From positions 1 through 34,853 of the forward strand of contig QHTP01000037.1 of assembly GCA_003220855.1 (NCBI GenBank): a stretch of DNA of 34,853 bases. The letters are read 5' to 3'. This document shows positions 1 to 9,149 of the stretch, piece by piece. This DNA comes from Gemmatimonadota bacterium (lineage in GTDB: Bacteria > Gemmatimonadota > Gemmatimonadetes > Gemmatimonadales > GWC2-71-9). Each line of letters begins with the position of its first letter. The first letter of the stretch is position 1. The translations under genes were made by a program, and so were the position numbers. The notes beneath the pieces are model-generated. The model was given only the letters and a program-made list of their open reading frames with translations, was not told the origin of the DNA and made no database searches.

Positions 1-408
1 GTTGAAGGTCGGCCAGCGCGTGCTCCCGATCCCCACGTCCACGAAATCCACGACGCCGCGCGCGCTGCGGACGCGATCGATCACGTTGCCGACCGCGCCG
101 GCGCACACCAGCGCGAGCGCGACGATTCGAAAGCGGTCGCCCGGGCGCGTCGCCAGGACCATGGACCGCAGCACGAACAAGGCGACCAGGGCGAGCCCGA
201 AGAAGATCCAGCGCGAGTAGGCGCCGAGGCACAGCCCGAACGCCGCGCACTGGTTGAAGACCAGCCGCAGCTGCACGTAATCGCCGGCGAGTGGGATGGG
301 CCGCGTGGGCGCGAGCCACGCCTCCGCGAGCAATTTGGTGGCGAGGTCCGCGACGACGACCGCGGCGGCCGTTGCCCAGAACACGCGCCGATCAGCGACG
401 CTTGCCAT
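1..408 (-). CDS. lspA: Signal peptidase II (lipoprotein signal peptidase), 3' end runs off the window
   Basis: Not in the ORF track. Manual minus-strand translation from ATG at 408 gives MASVADRRVFWATAAAVVVADLATKLLAE...VFNQCAAFG...GAVGNVIDRVRSARGVVDFVDVG...WPTFN, with the DxxTK, NxGAAF-like, GNxxDR, VVDF and FN motifs of LspA. It lies downstream of ileS, the usual position. Confidence 0.93.
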   Translation of the reverse strand, partial: MASVADRRVFWATAAAVVVADLATKLLAEAWLAPTRPIPLAGDYVQLRLVFNQCAAFGLCLGAYSRWIFFGLALVALFVLRSMVLATRPGDRFRIVALALVCAGAVGNVIDRVRSARGVVDFVDVGIGSTRWPTFN

Positions 409-814
409 CTTCCTCCTTGGCCTTGCACTTGATGCAGAGCCGCGCATGCGGGAGCGCGTCGAGCCGCTCGAACAGGATGTCCTCCCCGCATTGCTCGCAC
501 TTGCCGAACTTGTCGGGCGTCTGATACAGGCGGCGCAGGGCCTGGTTGACGTGCCAGAGATAGCGGCCCTCCTGCGAGGCGAACAGAAACGCCTTCTCGC
601 GCTCCATGGCGTCGGTGCCCTGGTCCGCCATGTGGAACGAGTAGCTCGAGAGATCGCCGTCCGATGCCTGCAGGCTCGAGTTGAACGACTCGTCGTAATA
701 GCCGAGCTCTTTCATCACGCGGGCCCGCTCCTCGAGCAGTCGCTTTTCGAGGTGGGTCAGCTGTTTCTTGCTCAGGCCACCCTTGGTCGTCTTGGCTTTC
801 GATTTCGTCGGCAT
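392..814 (-). CDS. TraR/DksA family C4 zinc-finger transcription factor (YteA-like)
   Basis: Coiled coil with tip HMADQGTDAMERE, followed by CEQC...RLDALPHARLCIKC zinc finger. Confidence 0.9.
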   Translation of the reverse strand: MPTKSKAKTTKGGLSKKQLTHLEKRLLEERARVMKELGYYDESFNSSLQASDGDLSSYSFHMADQGTDAMEREKAFLFASQEGRYLWHVNQALRRLYQTPDKFGKCEQCGEDILFERLDALPHARLCIKCKAKEEDGKRR

Positions 815-3800
815 TATCGCGTACCGCCCTTTCGTCCGTCATGGCGCCGGATCGCAATCGTCACCCGGCGCGCTTCGATGTCCAATTCTCGTGTCACGTC
901 CGCCTCGTCGAACACGGCGCCCAGCACCACCTTGCGGGCCAGGGTCTCGCCCTCGACGAAGTTCTGAAAGGCCGACACGGCCGCCACAATGTCCGCCGCG
1001 CCGGCCACGCTCAGCTCGATGCGGGTGGTGTACTCATAGCCCGCTTCCTTCCGCAGCCGCTGGACGCGATGCACGAGCTCACGTGCCAGGCCCTCCTGGA
1101 TCAGGTCCTCCGACAACCGCGGGTCGACGGCGACGACGTACGGACCGTCGGCCTGGACCGCCCAGTCGCTCACCACCTCGCGTGTGACCACCACGTCCTC
1201 GGGGTGGAAGGCGAACTCCCCCGCCTGCACGGGGTCCCCATGTTCGAGCGCCGCGAGCTGCTCCGCCGTGAGCTGCGACACCAAGGCGGCCGCCCGGGGC
1301 GTCTCCTTGCCGTACCGCTTCCCCAGGCTGCGGAACTCGGGCTTCCCTTTGAGCCGCACGAGCTCGTGGTCGGAGCCCGCGACGTCGACGGCCTTGGCGT
1401 TCACTTCCGCGGCCAGGATATCTAACAGGTCGGCAAAGGCCGGGCCCTTCACGGCCGTCGGGACGGCCACCTGGAGCCGGGCCACGGGCTGGCGCACGTT
1501 GAGCTTCCTGGTCTCCCGCGCGGCCCGCGCCAGGGACGCCAGGCGGCGATGGGCCGCCATGGCCTCGAGCAGCTCCGGCTCGCGTCGCCCCTGATCGGCC
1601 GGGAACGGCGCCAGATGCACCGAGGTTCCCGTGAGCGAGCGGTGCATCCAGTCCGCGATGAACGGCGCCACGGGCGCGAGCAGCCGGGCCGCCGTCACGA
1701 GCACCTCGTGCAGCGTCGCCAACGCGACCGGGTCGGCCGCCCGGTCCGGGGCCCAGAAGCGCGGTCGGTTGGTGCGGACGTACCAGTTGGAGAGGTCGTC
1801 CACCACGAACCCCATGATGGCGCGCACGCCGGTCGTCACGTCGTAGTCGTTCCACGCTGCGCGCGCCGCCGCGACCACCTCGTCGAGCCGGGCCAGCACC
1901 CAGCGGTCGGTGAGGGGACGGCCGGCCACCGGCGGGCCACCGTCGGACGGCTTCCAGTCGCCCGCATACTGCGCGAAAAAATTGTAGGTGTGGCGCACCG
2001 TGTTCAGGAACCCGCCCGCGACATCGGGCACCTGGCGCCGGTCGAACCGCTTGGGTAGCCACACCTGGCTCTGACCGAGCAGGTACAGGCGCACCGCGTC
2101 CGCGCCGTATTCCTCGATCACTTCCCAGGGGTTCACGACGTTGCCGCGGCTCTTCGACATCTTCTGGCCGTGCGCGTCGAGCACCAGCTCGTTCACGATC
2201 ACGTTCTTGTACACGAGCGAGTCGAAGGCCGCCACGCCGATCGCCAGCAGCGAGTAGAACCAGCCGCGCGTCTGATCCACCCCCTCGCAGATGAAGTCCG
2301 CGGGGAAGTGCGCCTTGAAGTCGGCCTGGTGCACGAACGGGTAATGCCACTGCGCGTACGGCATCGCGCCCGAGTCGAACCAGGCATCGATCACCTCGGG
2401 CACCCGCCGCATGGTGCCGCCACACGTGCGGCAACGCCAGGTGTACCGATCGATGGTCGGCTTGTGCGGGTCGAAGTCCGCCGGCAGCCCCTTCCCCCAG
2501 CGCTCCGCCAGGTCGGCGAAGGAGCCGATCACCTCGCGGTGCTCGGCCTCCGCATCGCACTCCCACACGTTCAGCGGCGTGCCCCAGTAGCGGTCGCGCG
2601 ACAGCGCCCAGTCGACGTTGTTCTCGAGCCACGCGCCGAACCGCCCGCTCCCGACCTCCGGCGGGTGCCAGCCGACTTGCGCGTTGACCTCGAGCATGCG
2701 GCTCTTCACCGCCGTGGTGCGCACGAACCAGGAGCTGCGCGCGTAGTAGATGAGCGCCGAATCGCAGCGCCAGCAGAACGGGTAGGTGTGCGTGTACGGC
2801 AGCGTCTCGAGCCAGCGACCCTCGCGCTTCAAGCGCTCGATGATCAGCCGGTTCGTCTCCTTGTCGGTCACGAGCCTGCCGTTGATCTCGTCCCAGCGGG
2901 TGCCCTGGAACGTGCCATCCGGGGCCACTGGGTTCACCATGGCGAGCCCGTATTGCTGCGCGGCGGCGTAGTCGTCGGCGCCGAAGGCGGGGGCCATGTG
3001 CACGAGCCCCGTGCCCTCCTCCGCCGACACGAAGCCTCCCGCCACCACGACGGCCCGCTGCCCCTCCTGCGGCAGCGGCATGACGTCGAACGGGCGCACG
3101 TACTTGAGGCCCACGAGCTCGCGCCCCGGGTACCCGGCCACCCGCGGGGCCGCCGCCAGCGGCTTGCCGCCCACGTGCACGTGCGTCGCGCGCTCGACCG
3201 CCGCGACGTAGCGGATCCCGTTGACCTCGTACTCGCCGTACTCCAGGTCGGGATGGACCGCCACCGCCACGTTCGAAAGCAGGGTCCAGGGCGTCGTGGT
3301 CCAGATGACCAGTTGGCGGTTCGGGTCGCTCGCCAAGGGAAAGGTGACATACACCGAATTGGTCTGGACCTCTTCGTAGCCCAGCGCCAGCTCGTGCGAC
3401 GACAGCGCCGTCCCGCAGCGCGGGCAGTACGGCAGCACCTTGTGTCCCCGGTACAGCAGCGCCTTGTCGTGCAGCCGCTTCAGGAGCCACCACACCGTCT
3501 CGATGTATTCGGGCGTGTACGTGATGTAGGGATGCTCGTAATCGAGCCAATACCCGACGCGCTCCGAGAGCGACTCCCAGTCCGTCTTGTAGGTGAAGAC
3601 GCTCTCGCGGCACAGCTGGTTGAACTTCTCGACACCGTATGCCTCAATCTGCTTCTTGCCGGAGATCCCGAGGGTCTTTTCGACCTCGATCTCGACGGGC
3701 AAGCCGTGCGTGTCCCAGCCCGCGATGCGCGTGACGCCCTGCCCCAGCATCGTGTGGTAGCGGCACACCAGATCCTTGATCGTGCGCGCGAACACGTGGT

Positions 3801-3972
3801 GGATGCCCGGCCGCCCGTTGGCCGTGGGCGGCCCCTCGTAGAACACGAACGGCGGGCCGTACCGGGCGGCCTCCTGCGTTTTCTGGAACAGGCGCTCGTG
3901 CTTCCAAGCCGCGAGCAGCTGCTTCTCCAGCGCGTCGGGCGAGAGCTTGGGATCGAACAGCCGGTACGCCAT
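814..3972 (-). CDS. ileS: Isoleucine--tRNA ligase (IleRS2-like type)
   Basis: Motifs EGPPTANGRPGIHH, GWDTHGLPVE, WTTTPWTL, DWALSRDRYWGTP and KMSKS. True start is MAYRLFD at 3972, overlapping the punA stop; the ORF-track extension to 4455 is spurious. Confidence 0.97.
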   Translation of the reverse strand: MAYRLFDPKLSPDALEKQLLAAWKHERLFQKTQEAARYGPPFVFYEGPPTANGRPGIHHVFARTIKDLVCRYHTMLGQGVTRIAGWDTHGLPVEIEVEKTLGISGKKQIEAYGVEKFNQLCRESVFTYKTDWESLSERVGYWLDYEHPYITYTPEYIETVWWLLKRLHDKALLYRGHKVLPYCPRCGTALSSHELALGYEEVQTNSVYVTFPLASDPNRQLVIWTTTPWTLLSNVAVAVHPDLEYGEYEVNGIRYVAAVERATHVHVGGKPLAAAPRVAGYPGRELVGLKYVRPFDVMPLPQEGQRAVVVAGGFVSAEEGTGLVHMAPAFGADDYAAAQQYGLAMVNPVAPDGTFQGTRWDEINGRLVTDKETNRLIIERLKREGRWLETLPYTHTYPFCWRCDSALIYYARSSWFVRTTAVKSRMLEVNAQVGWHPPEVGSGRFGAWLENNVDWALSRDRYWGTPLNVWECDAEAEHREVIGSFADLAERWGKGLPADFDPHKPTIDRYTWRCRTCGGTMRRVPEVIDAWFDSGAMPYAQWHYPFVHQADFKAHFPADFICEGVDQTRGWFYSLLAIGVAAFDSLVYKNVIVNELVLDAHGQKMSKSRGNVVNPWEVIEEYGADAVRLYLLGQSQVWLPKRFDRRQVPDVAGGFLNTVRHTYNFFAQYAGDWKPSDGGPPVAGRPLTDRWVLARLDEVVAAARAAWNDYDVTTGVRAIMGFVVDDLSNWYVRTNRPRFWAPDRAADPVALATLHEVLVTAARLLAPVAPFIADWMHRSLTGTSVHLAPFPADQGRREPELLEAMAAHRRLASLARAARETRKLNVRQPVARLQVAVPTAVKGPAFADLLDILAAEVNAKAVDVAGSDHELVRLKGKPEFRSLGKRYGKETPRAAALVSQLTAEQLAALEHGDPVQAGEFAFHPEDVVVTREVVSDWAVQADGPYVVAVDPRLSEDLIQEGLARELVHRVQRLRKEAGYEYTTRIELSVAGAADIVAAVSAFQNFVEGETLARKVVLGAVFDEADVTRELDIEARRVTIAIRRHDGRKGGTR

Positions 3973-4778
3973 CAGTTGAGGCGCTCCAACACGCCGCGCA
4001 CCAGCGCCGTGAGCTTGGGCTCGGCGCCGCGCGCCACGGCGATGATCTGCTCCACCGACGTGGGGACCAGCGCGTCGGGCAGGCACTGGTCGGTGATGAT
4101 CGACACCCCGAGCACCCGGACGCCCAGGTGCACTGCGGCGATCACTTCCGGGACCGTGCTCATGCCCACGACATCGGCGCCGAGCGCGCGGAGCATGCGG
4201 TACTCGGCGCGGGTCTCGAGACTGGGACCCGCGACGGCGACGTAGACGCCCTCGCGCAAGGTGAGGCCGCGCTCCAGGGCCACCGCGCGCGCCAGGGCGC
4301 GCAGGCCGGCGTCGTAAGGCTGGGACATGTCGGGAAACCGCGGGCCCAGCCGGTCGTCGTTGGGCCCGACGAGCGGGTTGTCGCCCAACAGGTTGATGTG
4401 ATCGGCGATGAGCATCAAGTCGCCCGGGCTCCACAGGGGATGCATCCCGCCGCACGCGTTCGACACGATCATGGTGCGCGCGCCGAGCTGCCGCAGCACG
4501 CGGACCGGGAAGACGATCTGCGGGAGCGTGTATCCCTCATAACGGTGGAACCGCCCCTGCATCGCCATGACGCGCCGCCCGGCCAGCGTCCCCACCAGCA
4601 GCGACCCGGCGTGGCTCTCCACCGTCGACAGCGGAAACCCGGGGATCTCCCCGTAGGGGATCCGCGTCTCCACGCTCACCTCGTCGGCGAGTCCCCCGAG
4701 CCCGGTGCCGAGGATGATCGCGACGTCCGGGACGAGCTGGGTCCGCGCCTGCACCGCGCGGACCGCATCCGCGATCAT
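3972..4778 (-). CDS. punA: Purine-nucleoside phosphorylase (trimeric type)
   Basis: Motifs ILGTGLG, QGRFHRYEG, NACGG, GPSLETRAE and GMSTVPE. Confidence 0.95.
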   Translation of the reverse strand: MIADAVRAVQARTQLVPDVAIILGTGLGGLADEVSVETRIPYGEIPGFPLSTVESHAGSLLVGTLAGRRVMAMQGRFHRYEGYTLPQIVFPVRVLRQLGARTMIVSNACGGMHPLWSPGDLMLIADHINLLGDNPLVGPNDDRLGPRFPDMSQPYDAGLRALARAVALERGLTLREGVYVAVAGPSLETRAEYRMLRALGADVVGMSTVPEVIAAVHLGVRVLGVSIITDQCLPDALVPTSVEQIIAVARGAEPKLTALVRGVLERLN

Positions 4779-5248
4779 CCGTCCCGTTGACCGTCCAGCG
4801 CGCGGAGCTCGGCGAGCTGCCGCTCGAGCAGCGCGCGGAATCCGGCCACGTACGCCTGGAACTGGCGCTGCACGTCCGCGCTCTGGCGCTCGACCTCGCC
4901 CTGCGAGGCGCGCGCGCCGTCGAGGATCCGCTGCGCTTCCGCCTGGGCCTCGCGCACGATCACCTGCGCCTCCCGCGCCGCCCCCGCGCGCGTCTCCTCG
5001 CGCAGCTGTTGGGCCGCCACCAGCGCCTCGTTCATGGCGCGCTCGCGGTCGCGGTACACCCGCAGCTGCTCCCCAAGCGCCGCCACGCGCTCCTCGAGCA
5101 CGGCCTTCTCGCGCAGGATCCGCTCCAGCTCGTCGGCCACGCGGGCGCGAAAGTCCTCGACGCCGACCGGCTCGTACCCGCGCAGGCTGCGCCGGAACTC
5201 CTGCTTCCGGACGTCGAGCGGGGTGAGATGGAACGCGGGCTCGCTCAC
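4775..5248 (-). CDS. DivIVA domain-containing coiled-coil protein
   Basis: GTG start at 5248 overlaps the yggS stop. LTPLDVRKQEFRRSLRGYEPVGVEDF is the DivIVA N-terminal motif, followed by a long coiled coil. Confidence 0.9.
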   Translation of the reverse strand: MSEPAFHLTPLDVRKQEFRRSLRGYEPVGVEDFRARVADELERILREKAVLEERVAALGEQLRVYRDRERAMNEALVAAQQLREETRAGAAREAQVIVREAQAEAQRILDGARASQGEVERQSADVQRQFQAYVAGFRALLERQLAELRALDGQRDG

Positions 5249-5943
5249 GGCGTCGTCGCCTCCCTCAGACCGAACAGGACGGTACCCAAGCGGATCACCG
5301 TTGCCCCCTCCTCGACCGCCGTGCCGTAGTCGGCGGACATCCCCATCGAGAGCGTCGGCAGCCATAGCCCCTCCTCCTGCAAAGCGTCCCGCAACTCGCG
5401 CAGCCCACGGAACGTGCGCCGCTGCACGTCCGGAGCATCGGTGAACGGCGCGATCGTCATCAACCCCTCGAGCATCAGATGCGGCAACGCGGCCAAGCGG
5501 CGCGCCACCGCCGGCGCCTCCGCCGGCGCGCACCCGCTCTTCTGCGCCTCCCCCGCCACATTCACCTGCAGCAACACCCGCTGGCGCGCGCCCTGCGCCG
5601 CCGCCCGCTGGTCCAGCTCCTCCGCCAGTGCGGCCGAGTCCACCGAGTGCACCAGCGCGAACCGCCCGGCCACGAGCTTCGCCTTGTTGCGCTGCAGGTG
5701 CCCGATCAAGTGCCACGTCGCCCGGCGCCCCGCCGGCGTGTCGAGCTTCTCCAGCGCTTCCTGCACCCGGTTCTCGCCCACGTCCGCGAGGCCCGCGCCC
5801 AGCGCCGCCTCCACCGCGTCCAACCCGAAGCCCTTCGTCACCGCCACGATCGTCACCGGGTGCGTCCGACCGGCGATCGCCTGCCGCCGAGCGATCTCGG
5901 CCCGTACGTGGGCCAGGCGCTCGGGGAAGGCCCCAAAATTCAT
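5245..5943 (-). CDS. yggS: PLP homeostasis protein, YggS family
   Basis: Motifs IVAVTK, GENRVQE, WHLIGHLQRNK, GLMTI, LSMGMSADY and RLGTVLFG. Confidence 0.95.
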   Translation of the reverse strand: MNFGAFPERLAHVRAEIARRQAIAGRTHPVTIVAVTKGFGLDAVEAALGAGLADVGENRVQEALEKLDTPAGRRATWHLIGHLQRNKAKLVAGRFALVHSVDSAALAEELDQRAAAQGARQRVLLQVNVAGEAQKSGCAPAEAPAVARRLAALPHLMLEGLMTIAPFTDAPDVQRRTFRGLRELRDALQEEGLWLPTLSMGMSADYGTAVEEGATVIRLGTVLFGLREATTP

Positions 5944-5951
5944 AACCGCAA

Positions 5952-5980
5952 AAATTAGCCCAGCGCGCTTATTGAAACAA
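5952..5980 (-). promoter_or_regulatory. Putative sigma70-type promoter for yggS (TTGTTT-17-TAATTT), 8 nt before the ATG
   Basis: Minus strand reads TTGTTT CAATAAGCGCGCTGGGC TAATTT TTGCGGTT ATG. It is an AT-rich patch in the intergenic gap with no SD. Confidence 0.55.
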
Positions 5981-5988
5981 TCGGGGGG

Positions 5989-6789
5989 TCAGCTGGCGGC
6001 AGCGGTAACTCGTTCGCCGCCTTCGAGGTGCGCGATGGCGCCCGAGAGGAGATCGCGCACCTGCTGCGGCGTGAGATGGCGGTGCAGCAGCCCGTGACTG
6101 GCCACCGAGATGGTCGAGGTCTCCTCCGAGACCACGAACACGGTGGCGTCGGTCTCTTCGGACAGGCCGAGTGCGGCGCGGTGGCGCGTCCCGAGCGACT
6201 TGTCCGCGACCTTGAACTGGGTGAGGGGGAGCACGCAGCCGGCGCCGATGATGCGGTCGCCCCGCACCAGCACGGCACCGTCGTGCAAGGGGGAGTACGG
6301 AGTGAAGATCGTGGTGAGCAGATCGGCGGAGACCTTGGCCTCCATCGGGACTCCGGAGGAGATGAACTCCTCGAGCCCGATGTCGCCCTCGACGGCGACG
6401 ATGGCGCCGGTGCCGGCGCGCGACAGCCGGTCCATCGCCTCGGCGATCTCCTCGGCCACCGACTGGCGCTCGCTCTGCGAGAAGCGGCGCATGAGCCGCG
6501 ACTGGCCGAGACGGGCCAGGGCATTCCGCAGCTCGGGCTGGAACACCACCACGGCCGCGAACGCCCCGAACGTGAACACGTACGAGAGCAGCGCGCTGAT
6601 CATCGTGAACTTGGCGAGCAGCGACGCGAAATAGGCGATCGACAAAATCATGACGCCGACCACGATCTGCATCGCCCGCGTCCCGACCAGGAACAGCAGG
6701 AAGCGGTAGATCACGAACGCGACGAGCAGGATCTCGACCACGTCCGGCCAGAACCGCGGGATCAGGAACCGGTAGGCTTCGAAGTTCAC
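5989..6789 (-). CDS. cdaA: Diadenylate cyclase CdaA/DacA (membrane-anchored DAC domain)
   Basis: GTG start at 6789 overlaps the folP stop. Three N-terminal hydrophobic segments, then VVFQPELRNAL, PLHDGA, GTRHRAALGLSE and VSEET. Confidence 0.93.
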   Translation of the reverse strand: MNFEAYRFLIPRFWPDVVEILLVAFVIYRFLLFLVGTRAMQIVVGVMILSIAYFASLLAKFTMISALLSYVFTFGAFAAVVVFQPELRNALARLGQSRLMRRFSQSERQSVAEEIAEAMDRLSRAGTGAIVAVEGDIGLEEFISSGVPMEAKVSADLLTTIFTPYSPLHDGAVLVRGDRIIGAGCVLPLTQFKVADKSLGTRHRAALGLSEETDATVFVVSEETSTISVASHGLLHRHLTPQQVRDLLSGAIAHLEGGERVTAAAS

Positions 6790-7952
6790 GTTGCGCTCGT
6801 CGTCGCGCCGGCCACCCGCAGCGCCTCGCAGGTGAGCGCGGCGTCGTGGACCCGGAACAGGCGTGCCCCGCGCTCCCACGCGAGCGCGCACGCCACCGCC
6901 GTGGCGCGGTCGCGATCCTCGACCGGCCGCCCGGTGGCGGCCCCGAGGAAGCGTTTGCGCGACGGCCCCACGGCTACAGGATACCCCAAGCCGACCACGG
7001 TTGCTAGCTCGTCGAGCAGGCGAAAGTTCTGCTCCGGACCCTTCGCGAACCCGAACCCCGGATCCACCACGATCCGCTCGCGCGGCACGTCGGCCCGCTC
7101 GGCCCGCGCCGCCGCGGCGCCCAGCTCGGCGGCGACCTCGACCGCCACCTGCCGGTACAGGGCGAGTCCCTCCATCGTGTCGGGCGTCCCGCGCATGTGC
7201 ATGACGATCACGCCGGCTCCCCCCTGCGCCACTACGCGCGCCAGATCGGGATCGAAGGCCAGGCCCGACACGTCGTTGATCACCGCGGCCCCGGCCGCGA
7301 GCGCCGCGCGCGCGACGGCCGCCTTGCGCGTATCCACCGATATAGGCCCCAGCCCGCGACGCGCCAGCTGCTCGACCACCGGCGCCACCCGCCCGATTTC
7401 CTCGGTGCTGGCCACGGGCGCCGCGCCGGGCCGCGTCGACTCGCCGCCGACGTCCAGCAGCTCGCACCCCTCCGCCACCAGCCGTTCGGCCTGCGCCACC
7501 GCGCGATCCACCGTGGAGAACCGGCCGCCGTCCGAAAAGGAGTCGGGCGTCACGTTCACGATGCCGATCAAGACCGGATGGTCGAGGGAGAGCGTGCGCC
7601 CGACGATCTCCCAGCGGCGCGGCGGATCGGCGTAGCTCGCGAGGAAACGGCCCAGCTCGGGCGCCAGGCGCTCGAGCCCCGGCGGCACCCGGTCGGGGCG
7701 CGCCAGCGGCGCCAGCCGGCTGGCCGCCGCGCTCACGAGCGCCCATCCCTCGCCGGTGAGCACATCGGCACCGGCCTTCGCGCCCCAGCGCACCAGGGCT
7801 TCGCGCTCGGGCTCGGTGACGTCCTCGAGCAGGACGACGAGGGACTGGAGGCCCGTGGCGGCGAACCACGCGGGCTGGGCGTCCCAGCCCCGCGCCGCGA
7901 GCGCCGCACGCACGGCTTCGGGAGTGTGGGCGGCGAGCGGGGTGAGCTTCAC
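6786..7952 (-). CDS. folP: Dihydropteroate synthase with an N-terminal extension of about 120 aa
   Basis: Motifs NVTPDSFSDGG, DVGGESTRPG, INDVSG, DPGFGFAK, SRKRF and RVHD. Confidence 0.95.
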   Translation of the reverse strand: MKLTPLAAHTPEAVRAALAARGWDAQPAWFAATGLQSLVVLLEDVTEPEREALVRWGAKAGADVLTGEGWALVSAAASRLAPLARPDRVPPGLERLAPELGRFLASYADPPRRWEIVGRTLSLDHPVLIGIVNVTPDSFSDGGRFSTVDRAVAQAERLVAEGCELLDVGGESTRPGAAPVASTEEIGRVAPVVEQLARRGLGPISVDTRKAAVARAALAAGAAVINDVSGLAFDPDLARVVAQGGAGVIVMHMRGTPDTMEGLALYRQVAVEVAAELGAAAARAERADVPRERIVVDPGFGFAKGPEQNFRLLDELATVVGLGYPVAVGPSRKRFLGAATGRPVEDRDRATAVACALAWERGARLFRVHDAALTCEALRVAGATTSAT

Positions 7953-7969
7953 CGCACCAGTCTCTCGTG

Positions 7970-9142
7970 CTACGACGCGCGCAACGCGCTGACGATGTTG
8001 AGCCGCGCCGCCCGCACCGCCGGGAGGAAGCCGCCGACGACGCCCATCACCACGGCGAAGATCAGGGCGCCCGTGACGACGCCCGGCGACAATGCGAACC
8101 CGAAGCCGATCTCCGAGAAACTCTGGAAGTTGACGACCGAAATCCGCTCGAAAGAGAGGAGCGCGGCGAGCGCGACGCCGAGGGCACCGCCCACGAGCGC
8201 CAGCAGCACGGACTCGACCAGGAACGCTCCCAGGACGCTGCGTCGCCTGAACCCGAGGGCCCGCAGCGTGCCCACCTCGACGGTCCGGTTCGCGACCGCC
8301 GCGTACATCGTGATCATCGCCCCGATCATCGCGCCGAAGCTGAAGATCGTGGTCACGATGATCCCGAGGGTCCGGATGAACATGGCGAGCGTCTTCGACT
8401 GTTCCTGGTAGTAGTCCCGCTCGTGTTTGAGTTCGACGTACTGCATGCGGGGATCGGCCTGGAGTCGGGTCTTGAGCTGGTCGAACCCGCCGGGCTGGGC
8501 GAGGCGGAAGGTGACGGACGAATACACCGGGCGCCCGAACGCCTGCATGAACTGGTCGACGTCGCCCCAGATCTCCGAGTCGAAGGCCGTGCCACCCGCA
8601 TCGGTGATGCCGACCACGGTCCAGCGGTCGCCACCGAAGGCGAGCGCTGCACCGAGGGCCACGCCCTTGAAGAGCGTCGCGATGCCCTTCCCCACCACGA
8701 CTTCGTGCGTGCCGAACTGGAAGGGCCGTCCCTGGACGATATGGACCCCGGGCCGAAGCTCCAGCGCGCGGTTCGACACGCCCCGAATCGACACGTTGCC
8801 GAGCGCGTTGCTCTTCTTCTTGTAGAGGTCGATGACGAGGATCACTTCGCGCGACAGGACGGCGCGATCTTCGGTCCCCCGCGCCACGCCGGTCTCGGCT
8901 TCGAGCACGTCCGCCGTCGCCCGGTCGACCTGACTCGAGAGCTCGGACGTGGCCGAGCGCCTGAGCACGATCACGTTGTCCGCTGCGCCGGTCTCGACGA
9001 GGGTCGCTTCCAGGCCCCGGGCGAGCATGAGCACGCCGGCGAACACGAACACGACGAGCGCCACGCCGCCGACGGTGAGCGCGGTGCTGAGGCGGCGGGC
9101 CCAGAGGCTCCGCCAGATGTATGAGAACGGGATCCGCATCAT
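7970..9142 (-). CDS. ABC transporter permease (MacB/FtsX family)
   Basis: N-terminal TM, large extracytoplasmic domain, AVANRTVEVGTLRALGF motif and C-terminal PAVRAARLNIVSALR. Confidence 0.9.
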   Translation of the reverse strand: MMRIPFSYIWRSLWARRLSTALTVGGVALVVFVFAGVLMLARGLEATLVETGAADNVIVLRRSATSELSSQVDRATADVLEAETGVARGTEDRAVLSREVILVIDLYKKKSNALGNVSIRGVSNRALELRPGVHIVQGRPFQFGTHEVVVGKGIATLFKGVALGAALAFGGDRWTVVGITDAGGTAFDSEIWGDVDQFMQAFGRPVYSSVTFRLAQPGGFDQLKTRLQADPRMQYVELKHERDYYQEQSKTLAMFIRTLGIIVTTIFSFGAMIGAMITMYAAVANRTVEVGTLRALGFRRRSVLGAFLVESVLLALVGGALGVALAALLSFERISVVNFQSFSEIGFGFALSPGVVTGALIFAVVMGVVGGFLPAVRAARLNIVSALRAS

Positions 9143-9149
9143 GGCCGGG

